The notes under the pieces were generated by a model, which ran no database searches, had not been told where the DNA came from, and worked only from the letters and a program-made list of their open reading frames with translations. DNA of 64,000 nucleotides from NCBI GenBank assembly GCA_001983455.1, contig LJDB01000010.1, positions 11,399-75,398 on the forward strand, given 5' to 3'. Shown here one piece after another: positions 50,243-57,892 of this stretch (positions are counted from its first letter, which is position 1; every line of letters begins with the position of its first letter). The DNA is from Candidatus Epulonipiscium fishelsonii (GTDB lineage: Bacteria > Bacillota > Clostridia > Lachnospirales > Cellulosilyticaceae). Position numbers and translations under genes: made by a program.

Positions 50243-50407
50243 CTAACTACCTCCTAATTTAATTATAACAATCTTATACTTAATTTTACAATACCAATTC
50301 ATTTCCTCATATGTGGCAATTTTCATATATTAGTATATATTTTTGAATTAATTAGTATGCAAAAAATAGAGGAGAATCATGTTCGCCTCTATGGATGTTG
50401 TTAATTA

Positions 50408-52072
50408 TTAATTATGCATTAAATTTATAGCTTGAGTTTGTTTAATTTCTCCATTCACAATCATTTCAACTTTTAGTTCTGATTTACCTGCAAGTGCATC
50501 TTGACCAACATTAATGGTATAAGGTGATTGAGTAGCTTCTGACAAAAGCATATCATCTAACCAATATTTCACTGAGATTTCATTTACATCGTTAGCATAT
50601 GGGTAATATGCACTTACACTAAGTTCAATATCTGAGCCTATTTCGATTCCTCCATTTGTAATGTTTTTATATCCAATTGTAGCAGGCTGGCCGTATTCCT
50701 TAATAAATAGTTCATCACTTACTAAAGCATTATAAGTTTCTAACAATATATCATTATCATGTAGAGCAAAGCTATTTTCCCAATGTAAACTATTGTTAAA
50801 ATAATTTATTGCTTTAATCTGAGGATATTTATAAAACATCTCCGTATAAGTTTTTTGCATTTGAAGCTTAGCCCAATCTGTAGTTTCTATATTAAGATTT
50901 CTAACAAAATGATGGTCACCTGTTTCGCTAATTGCTATAGGTTTTTGAATATTATGTTCTTGCATAAACGTTATAATATGTTCAATTTTTTTAATAGGGT
51001 TTGCATGTTCACCTGCAATAAAAATACTTTCATTTATATCTTTATTATCAGATGTATCAATTTGGTCTAGAAAATATTTCTTTGGATACATACTTACTCC
51101 AATCCAATCAACATATTCATCTCCAGGATAAAACATTTCAAAAGGTGTATCAAGTCCGCCTATGTCATCAGGTGACCAAACCATTCCAACATTATCATAT
51201 TGTTTTGCTATGGTAGATACATATTGAAAACTTTCTATAAATCCTGCTGGATCCACTTCTCCTGTAAACACATTCCTTCCACTGGGACCATTGTTCATTT
51301 CTCCACCAAAACGAATTAATGTATCTAAGCCTTGTGATGATAAGTACTCAATAGTAGAGGCAATATATTCTTGTGGAGTTTGATGCAGTGGAAAATCTGA
51401 ACTATTTGCAGTATCCAAAGTACTTCCTGCTGTGTTCCAGCCTAAAAAAACAAGTTTATTTTCTTCTTTAGCAAGATTTAACATATTTTGTATGTACGGA
51501 GTCTTAATATCCTGACCAAATTCTAGGTAAACCAGCAACATAGATTCTTCAGCAGGATATCTGGAACGAATATCTTCATTATTATATGCAACTCCAACAT
51601 AAGGGTCTTTATCATAGTAACTGCCGTATATAACACCTTGAGTGGGTTCAAGTTTTGCACCAAAATATGGGGCCGATGAATTAGTACTTAATTGAAACAC
51701 TTCTAAAGAAGGTTGTAATGTCATCAGCTTAGCATAAGCATAACTTACATCATGCCCTTGTGATTCTCCAAATGGTATATATAATTTAAAGTTTTCATAT
51801 GCTTTTTCGTAACTTCCGATACTATTATAAGCGTTTGCTAATTCTAAATGATGATTTAACAATATGTTAATCCGTTCTTGACTTTCTGGCTCAGGAGTCA
51901 TAATGGATACTACCTGTTCTGAAGCTGCAATTTGATTTATTACATTATTTTCTGATTTAGAAGCTGTATATTCATCTAGTGGTTTCCATATTGCATGTGG
52001 AAACACACTTGCTAAAATTGGTGTCGTGCCTAATATTAATGTTAATCCTATGATACTAAATTTTTTTAACAT
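50408..52072 (-). CDS. Secreted GH26-like glycoside hydrolase with N-terminal helical repeat region
   Basis: Signal peptide MLKKFSIIGLTLILGTTPILASV. Motifs IRFGGEMNNGP, VWSPDD and YPGDEYVDWIGVSMY resemble the GH26 catalytic-region pattern. Confidence 0.5.
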   Translation of the reverse strand: MLKKFSIIGLTLILGTTPILASVFPHAIWKPLDEYTASKSENNVINQIAASEQVVSIMTPEPESQERINILLNHHLELANAYNSIGSYEKAYENFKLYIPFGESQGHDVSYAYAKLMTLQPSLEVFQLSTNSSAPYFGAKLEPTQGVIYGSYYDKDPYVGVAYNNEDIRSRYPAEESMLLVYLEFGQDIKTPYIQNMLNLAKEENKLVFLGWNTAGSTLDTANSSDFPLHQTPQEYIASTIEYLSSQGLDTLIRFGGEMNNGPSGRNVFTGEVDPAGFIESFQYVSTIAKQYDNVGMVWSPDDIGGLDTPFEMFYPGDEYVDWIGVSMYPKKYFLDQIDTSDNKDINESIFIAGEHANPIKKIEHIITFMQEHNIQKPIAISETGDHHFVRNLNIETTDWAKLQMQKTYTEMFYKYPQIKAINYFNNSLHWENSFALHDNDILLETYNALVSDELFIKEYGQPATIGYKNITNGGIEIGSDIELSVSAYYPYANDVNEISVKYWLDDMLLSEATQSPYTINVGQDALAGKSELKVEMIVNGEIKQTQAINLMHN

Positions 52073-52217
52073 GATAATCTCCTTATTAATTAATAATTAT
52101 AATATCTAAAAATAAATAAACTTTTTAGGGTTGTACCATGTAATTATATTTTTATTTTTAATCTTTTATGACTTAGTATAATAATTGATATATTTTAACA
52201 AATCAATAATTATTTTT

Positions 52218-52391
52218 ATGGGTTCAAAGAAAAATCATTGACGTGGTGTATATTTTTTGATACTATTAACTGAAATCGGTGGAACTAGTGGATATATATT
52301 TGGTTCAGGAAATAGCATCCCAACCTATTGTAAGCTTGAAAATGTTATTGCAATGGTTGAAATTTATAAAAAATTCGTTGGCAAAGAATAA
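52218..52391 (+). pseudogene. Possible C-terminal remnant of a uroporphyrinogen-decarboxylase/MtaA-family gene
   Basis: 58-codon frame ending EIGGTSGYIFGSGNSIPTYCKLENVIAMVEIYKKFVGKE*. This resembles URO-D family C-termini (GGGFIL..G..IP...P.EN..AM). There is no upstream body. Confidence 0.3.
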
Positions 52392-52446
52392 CCCCCACCC
52401 AGCCTCCCCTTTTAAGGGGAGGTGCCTCTTCTAGAGGCGGAGGGGT
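52391..52446. other. Isolated GC-rich nested hairpin element
   Basis: ACCCC..[CCTCCCCTT tt AAGGGGAGG] t [GCCTCT tct AGAGGC] gga GGGGT: two hairpins enclosed by an outer 5-bp helix, set in otherwise AT-rich DNA. Confidence 0.6.
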
Positions 52447-52468
52447 AAGTTCAATATTTTTCTCATTG

Positions 52469-52497
52469 TTGACTTAATGTAATGTATAAGATATAAT
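52469..52497 (+). promoter_or_regulatory. Sigma-A promoter for rpsT
   Basis: TTGACT (52469-52474), exact 17-nt spacer, TATAAT (52492-52497). Confidence 0.7.
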
Positions 52498-52571
52498 TAA
52501 AACATATTTATTACCGTTCAGATTTCCCCAACCGTGTCGAAATATTAAAATTTGAATGGAGGCCTATTAAA

Positions 52572-52835
52572 ATGGCAAATATTAAATCAGCAAAAAAACG
52601 TATTAAAGTAATCGCAACAAAAACAGCACGCAATCGTGCAATCACTTCAGCAGTAAAAACTTATTCTAAAAAAGTAATCTCTGCTGTACAAGCTAAAGAT
52701 AAAGAACTAGCTCAAACTCAATTAAAAATAGCAGTTAAAAAAATTGACCAAGCAACTTCAAAGGGAATTTTCCACTCTAACACTGCTGGTCGTAAAAAAT
52801 CTAAATTACAAAGACTAGTAAATCAAATAGCATAA
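52572..52835 (+). CDS. rpsT: 30S ribosomal protein S20
   Basis: 87 aa. MANIKSAKKRIKV is the canonical S20 N-terminus. Confidence 0.95.
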   Translation: MANIKSAKKRIKVIATKTARNRAITSAVKTYSKKVISAVQAKDKELAQTQLKIAVKKIDQATSKGIFHSNTAGRKKSKLQRLVNQIA

Positions 52836-52838
52836 AAA

Positions 52839-52884
52839 GAATACTCATACCTATAATAACAGTTATAGATATGAGTATTTTTCG
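52839..52884. terminator. Bidirectional terminator between rpsT and flagellin 1
   Basis: GAATACTCATA / TATGAGTATT stems with a 20-nt loop, T run after and A run before. Confidence 0.65.
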
Positions 52885-52893
52885 TTATGTATA

Positions 52894-54201
52894 TTATCCT
52901 TGAATTAATTGTAAGATGGTATTTGGCAATTCATTAGCTTTGCTAAGCATAGCAGTTGCACTTTGAGTTAAAACATTTGTACGAGTATATTCCGCCATTT
53001 CTGCAGCCATATCTGTATCTTGAATTTGAGAAAGTGACATTGTCATATTTTCTTCAGAAACACCCAAGTTTTCTACAGTATGTTCAAGACGATTTTGATA
53101 TGCGCCCATAGACGAACGGGTGGAAGAAACTTTATTTATAGCCTTATCAATTGCTCCAATAGCATAATGTATATCATCATCTTCTGTAAGATTTAGTCCC
53201 GCTCGACTCATTTCAATACCAATACCTTCTTCGATATTAGCAGCAACTCCATATCCAGGAGTTCCTGGAGGTGCACTAAGACCTAATTCGTATGAAGACA
53301 TTGAGCCCAATTTTACTTCTAACAATTGGTTTGCATTCGCCCCAATTTGAAGGCCTATGTTTGTTTGTGGTATTCCTCCAGGACTAGAGATCATATAATT
53401 GCCAATGCTGCCTTTTTCCTTGGCTGTAAGTTTAAATTCTCCAGCATCTTCTTTAAATACAAAGTTGTCAAATCCAGGAGAGTCATTATATGATTTTAAA
53501 ACATCTGAAGTACTGCCGAGAGGTTCTTTTTGGCTAATATCGATTGGCTGGGCCATCCCAATGTATGGTCCGTTAGCTGAATTGTAATATTCAAACACAA
53601 CTCCGTCCAAAGTAAATCCTGTACCTGCTGTTGCTGCACTACTGTCTAGTATTTGTACTGTATACTCGGCATATTCATCCAACGTAGCTAGTCTTGGGTC
53701 ACTTGTTAAATCTGCTATTTCCACTCCATTTTCATCTACTGTTCTTGTCAACTTTATTTCAAAAGAAGCTTCTGCCACAGGAGTTCCTCCATTAAGTAAA
53801 GGCATAGTATTAAATTCGGTATTTCCTGATATCACATTTATCTCAGAAATAAGATGATCAATTTCTTTTTGAATTTGCTCACGGTCGCTTGTTCCATATG
53901 TACCATTTGCTGCTTGAATTGAAAGCTCTCTCATACGTTGAAGCATATCGTGCACTTCGTTTAGTGACCCTTCTGCTGTTTGGATCATAGAAATGCCATC
54001 CATTGCATTGTTATTTGCTTGCTTTAGCCCTTGAACCTGTGTTTTCATTTTCTGAGAAATAGCCATACCTGCAACATCATCTGCTGCCTTATTAATTCGT
54101 AAACCAGAAGATAATTTTTCTAGTGAGCTATTTAGTGCACCTGTATTTTGGTGCAAAGCATTTAGACCTTGCAAAGCTGGTATATTATTATTAATTTTCA
54201 T
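52894..54201 (-). CDS. fliC: Flagellin, paralog 1 (435 aa)
   Basis: Conserved D0/D1 termini (LSSGLRINKAADDVAGMAISQKM ... QNRLEHTVENL ... LPNTILQLIQG) with a variable centre. Confidence 0.9.
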   Translation of the reverse strand: MKINNNIPALQGLNALHQNTGALNSSLEKLSSGLRINKAADDVAGMAISQKMKTQVQGLKQANNNAMDGISMIQTAEGSLNEVHDMLQRMRELSIQAANGTYGTSDREQIQKEIDHLISEINVISGNTEFNTMPLLNGGTPVAEASFEIKLTRTVDENGVEIADLTSDPRLATLDEYAEYTVQILDSSAATAGTGFTLDGVVFEYYNSANGPYIGMAQPIDISQKEPLGSTSDVLKSYNDSPGFDNFVFKEDAGEFKLTAKEKGSIGNYMISSPGGIPQTNIGLQIGANANQLLEVKLGSMSSYELGLSAPPGTPGYGVAANIEEGIGIEMSRAGLNLTEDDDIHYAIGAIDKAINKVSSTRSSMGAYQNRLEHTVENLGVSEENMTMSLSQIQDTDMAAEMAEYTRTNVLTQSATAMLSKANELPNTILQLIQG

Positions 54202-54212
54202 ATCAAAATACT

Positions 54213-54257
54213 CCTTATTTGTTATAACAGATTTAGGAACAAGCGGACCTAATCTGT
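54213..54257 (-). promoter_or_regulatory. 5'-UTR hairpin of flagellin 1 (member of the dispersed hairpin family)
   Basis: RNA ACAGAUUAGG-UCCGCUUGUU-CCUAAAUCUGU is followed by UAUAACAAAUAAGGAG and the ATG. ~75% identical to 40356-40401. Confidence 0.6.
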
Positions 54258-54382
54258 CACTCGAAATTTTTATTGATCAAAATATATATCGTATTTTAAT
54301 CATGTACACAATAATATTTTTTGGGAAAATTATTTAGAAAATGAGATAAGTTTAAAACTAGTTTACATATTTTTTAAACATA

Positions 54383-55822
54383 TTAATTTTGTAGTAATTG
54401 CATGACTAAACTAGGTAATTCATTAGCCTTTGCAAGCATTGATACTGCACTTTGAGTTAAAACGTCAGTACGTGTAAATTCTGTCATTTCAGCTGCCATA
54501 TCTGTATCTCTAATTTTAGAGAAAGTTTCAGTCATTGTTTCTTCCGTTACATCCAAATCTTCGATAGTATATTGAAGTCGATTTTGAGCTGCACCTATGT
54601 ATGAACGAGCTTTTGATACTTTTGCAATAGCTTTGTCAATAGCTTGAATTGAAAATTGTATGCTATCATCATCCATAACATTTAATCCGCTATATTCTAT
54701 ATTACTACTGGTAAGAGGAACAGCACTAGCAAAATTCACTGCATTATTTGACTCATCATTTTCAAATTTAAAACTTGATGGAGACATTTCTGTATTATTT
54801 AAAGGTAAAGTTACAGGTGTTCCTCCATATGAGGGTAAACTTACAGGTTTTCCGCCATTTGAAGCTTCTTTGTACCCAGGAGTCCCAGTAGGTGCCATAA
54901 GTCCTAACGTAGTGGAAGATATTGCATCCAACTTTAGATCCAAAAGTTGATGTGCATTTGCTCCAATTTGAGTTTTGATATTATTTGTTGGAGTTCCACC
55001 CATATGGGCTACCATATAGTTTCCAGCACTACCTTTTTCTTTAGCAGTAAGTTTAAATTCTCCTCCTTCTTCACTAAATACAAAGTTTTTAAATCCTGGA
55101 GTTATATTATACATATGCAAAACATCTGAGGTACTTCCGTCAGGTCTAGCTTTTTTTATATCAATTGGTTGAGCAGAACCTTTATATAAACCTTCATCCG
55201 AGTCATAATATTCAAAGACAACTCCATCTAAAGTAAATCCTGAGCCAGGTTCTGCTGTTGCACTGTTTAATATTTGTACTTTATACTGGGCATATTCATC
55301 TAATCTGGCAAGTCTTGGGTTATTTGTTAAGTCGGATATTTCATCTCCATTTTCGTCTACTGTTCTTTTCAACTCTACTATAAAAGGAGCTTCTGCTAGT
55401 GGTTTGCCTCCCTTTAATAAAGGCATAGTATTAAATTCTGAATTTCCCGTAATGGTGTTTATTTCTGCAATAAGGTGATCCATTTCTTTTTGAATTTGTG
55501 AACGGTCTATTGATACATTTGTATTGTTGGCTGATTGTATTGCTAGTTCTCTCATTCGTTGAAGCATATCATGAACTTCTTCCAGGGATCCTTCCGCTGT
55601 TTGAACTATAGCAATACCATCCATTGCGTTATTGTTAGCTTGCTTGGTACCTTGTACTTGAGTGCGTATTTTATTAGAAATTGCATATCCAGAAACATCA
55701 TCAGCTGATTTGGTAATTCTTAGGCCTGAAGATAATTTTTGTGCAGAGGCGTTAAGTAACCCATTGTTGTAATGAAAAGAATTTAAACCTTGTAGTGCTG
55801 GTATATTATTAATAATTTTCAC
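54383..55822 (-). CDS. fliC: Flagellin, paralog 2 (479 aa, GTG start)
   Basis: Conserved flagellin termini, more divergent than paralogs 1 and 3. Extra ~45-aa S/P/N-rich insertion. Start codon GTG behind AAGGGGGA. Confidence 0.85.
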   Translation of the reverse strand: MKIINNIPALQGLNSFHYNNGLLNASAQKLSSGLRITKSADDVSGYAISNKIRTQVQGTKQANNNAMDGIAIVQTAEGSLEEVHDMLQRMRELAIQSANNTNVSIDRSQIQKEMDHLIAEINTITGNSEFNTMPLLKGGKPLAEAPFIVELKRTVDENGDEISDLTNNPRLARLDEYAQYKVQILNSATAEPGSGFTLDGVVFEYYDSDEGLYKGSAQPIDIKKARPDGSTSDVLHMYNITPGFKNFVFSEEGGEFKLTAKEKGSAGNYMVAHMGGTPTNNIKTQIGANAHQLLDLKLDAISSTTLGLMAPTGTPGYKEASNGGKPVSLPSYGGTPVTLPLNNTEMSPSSFKFENDESNNAVNFASAVPLTSSNIEYSGLNVMDDDSIQFSIQAIDKAIAKVSKARSYIGAAQNRLQYTIEDLDVTEETMTETFSKIRDTDMAAEMTEFTRTDVLTQSAVSMLAKANELPSLVMQLLQN

Positions 55823-55848
55823 GTATTTTCCCCCTTATTATTAATTTA

Positions 55849-55866
55849 CTAGAGACGACTCTCTAG
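55849..55866 (-). promoter_or_regulatory. Short hairpin in the flagellin 3 - flagellin 2 spacer
   Basis: CTAGAGA CGAC TCTCTAG 7-bp stem, located between the flagellin 3 terminator and the flagellin 2 SD. Confidence 0.4.
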
Positions 55867-55870
55867 TAGT

Positions 55871-55896
55871 AGGGGCGAACATATGTATTCGCCCCT
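55871..55896 (-). terminator. Terminator after flagellin 3
   Basis: AGGGGCGAA TACATATG TTCGCCCCT: 9-bp GC-rich stem 15 nt after the stop. Confidence 0.7.
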
Positions 55897-55911
55897 AAGT
55901 TATGTTTGATA

Positions 55912-57279
55912 TTATGCTTGAATTAATTGTAAAATAGTATTAGGTAATTCATTAGCTTTGCCAAGCATAGCAGTTGCACTTTGTGTTAAAACATTGGTAC
56001 GAGTATATTCAGCCATTTCACCTGCCATATCTGTATCTTGAATTTGAGAAAGTGACATTGTCATATTTTCTTCAGATACACCTAGATTTTCTACAGTATG
56101 TTCAAGTCGATTTTGATATGCCCCCATAGAAGAACGAGTAGCAGAAACTTTGTCAATGGCAAAGTCAATAGCTGCAATAGCATAATGTATATCATCCTCT
56201 GCTGTAACGTTTAGTCCCGCTTGACTCATGTCAACACCAATACCTTCTTCGATATTAGCAGCAACTCCATATCCAGGAGTTCCTGGAGGTGCACTAAGAC
56301 CTAATTCTCGTGAAGACAGTGAGCCCAATTTTACTTCCAACAATTGGTTTGCATTTGCTCCAATTTGAATGCCTATGTTTACTGGCGGTGTGGCGCCATC
56401 ATAAGCTATCATATAGTTACCAGCACTAGTTTTTTCTTTTGCTGTAAAAGTATCTGTTCCGTCAAATTCAAAATGATCAAATCCAGGAGAGTCAGCATAT
56501 TCGGTTAAAATCTGGTCAAGACTATCCTTCAGTTCTATTGGAACAGCAGTTCCTGTATAAGGACCTTGATCTATATCATAGTATTCGAATGCAACACCAT
56601 CTATAGTAAACCCAGAACCGACTATTATATTTGCTGAATCCGGAGGTGTCATTTTATAAACAGCTTTTTCTTTTACTGTAGCAAGCCTCGCATCGTCATA
56701 TATACCTGAGAAAGAAGAACTTTCTCCTGTAACGCCATCTGCATCCAAGTCTTCGGTTGCAAACTCTACGAACCCTTCCCCATCATCTATAATTCCGTTT
56801 CCATCTGTGTCTGATATTGCACCAACTAACATCATTTTAAATCCACTATTTGTAATTGGATCGCCTCCATTAAGTAAAGGCATAGTATTAAATTCTGTAT
56901 TTCTAGATGTTGTATTTATCTCTGAAATCAGATGATCAATTTCTTTTTGAATTTGCTCACGGTCGCTTGTTCCATATGTACCATTTGCTGCTTGAATTGA
57001 AAGTTCTCTCATACGTTGAAGCATGTCGTGTACTTCGTTTAGAGAGCCCTCTGCCGTTTGTATCATGGAAATGCCGTCCATTGCATTGTTGTTAGCTTGT
57101 TTAAGACCTTGCACTTGTGTTCTCATTTTTTGAGAGATAGCCATTCCAGCAACATCATCTGCTGCTTTATTAATTCTTAAACCGGAAGATAATTTTTCAA
57201 GAGATTTATTTAATGCTCCTGTATTTTGGTGCAAAGCATTTAGTCCTTGTAAAGCTGGTGTATTGTTGTTAATTTTCAT
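55912..57279 (-). CDS. fliC: Flagellin, paralog 3 (455 aa)
   Basis: N-terminal ~135 aa and C-terminal ~150 aa are nearly identical to paralog 1. The central domain is different and carries an EF-hand-like loop. Confidence 0.9.
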   Translation of the reverse strand: MKINNNTPALQGLNALHQNTGALNKSLEKLSSGLRINKAADDVAGMAISQKMRTQVQGLKQANNNAMDGISMIQTAEGSLNEVHDMLQRMRELSIQAANGTYGTSDREQIQKEIDHLISEINTTSRNTEFNTMPLLNGGDPITNSGFKMMLVGAISDTDGNGIIDDGEGFVEFATEDLDADGVTGESSSFSGIYDDARLATVKEKAVYKMTPPDSANIIVGSGFTIDGVAFEYYDIDQGPYTGTAVPIELKDSLDQILTEYADSPGFDHFEFDGTDTFTAKEKTSAGNYMIAYDGATPPVNIGIQIGANANQLLEVKLGSLSSRELGLSAPPGTPGYGVAANIEEGIGVDMSQAGLNVTAEDDIHYAIAAIDFAIDKVSATRSSMGAYQNRLEHTVENLGVSEENMTMSLSQIQDTDMAGEMAEYTRTNVLTQSATAMLGKANELPNTILQLIQA

Positions 57280-57324
57280 CGTTTTTGTCTCCTTATTATA
57301 TAGTTATTTTAGTTGTATTTTCTG

Positions 57325-57753
57325 CTATGCTTTAAATCCTCGATTTTGCCCTCCTGTAACAAACTCGTTCAGTGATGAGCCGCTATATGTTGCTCCAGCA
57401 TAGATTTGTTGAGTATTTTGCATAACTTGCTGGCGGTGTGGTTGTTGTTTGTTGACCATCTCAAAAGTTTCTTGTAAATGTCTTATTAACTTGTATGCAT
57501 CAGGTAAAGTATCATATTTCAAAAGCATTTTTTGAACATATACATATATTTGAAATACATTGCTTGATATAGGTACGTCAAAGTCTAGGTTGTTGACTAA
57601 TACCTTAAGGACTTCTCTAGCTCTTTGTGTATGTTGCTTAAATTCATCCTTATTATTTATAGCATCCTGTACTCTCTCCAAAAATAATTCATAGGTCAAA
57701 CATATCATTTCTGCATCAGATGCTTGTGTCACTTGTGCTACTGTTACCATCAT
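57325..57753 (-). CDS. FliS-like flagellin chaperone paralog
   Basis: ~142 aa from the ATGATG behind AAGGAGG. Helical bundle-type sequence with a FliS-like pattern (LTYELFLERV..A......REVLKVLVNNLDFDV.IS.NVFQIYVYV). Immediately upstream of flagellin 3. Confidence 0.45.
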   Translation of the reverse strand: MMVTVAQVTQASDAEMICLTYELFLERVQDAINNKDEFKQHTQRAREVLKVLVNNLDFDVPISSNVFQIYVYVQKMLLKYDTLPDAYKLIRHLQETFEMVNKQQPHRQQVMQNTQQIYAGATYSGSSLNEFVTGGQNRGFKA

Positions 57754-57838
57754 TGTCCTCCTTATCAACTTCTTCAAAATAAGTTATAAATTGCTTTACT
57801 ATATCTAAAATTGGTTCAGTTGTTTTTTTCTCTTCCAT
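57719..57838 (-). CDS. Possible 39-aa acidic small ORF overlapping the FliS-like start
   Basis: ATG 57838 lies 8 nt after GAGGA and gives MEEKKTTEPILDIVKQFITYFEEVDKEDNDGNSSTSDTSI. No homology can be judged by eye. Confidence 0.2.
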
Positions 57839-57892
57839 ATGTATCGTCCTCATATATTAAACTGCGGGCACACAGTGTGTAGAACTATTGTC

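Noticed and set aside
54258-54382. Sigma-D or sigma-A promoter for flagellin 1
   Set aside because: Only a partial ACGATAT is present, without a spaced TAAA. No TTGACA/TATAAT pair with proper spacing could be identified by eye.
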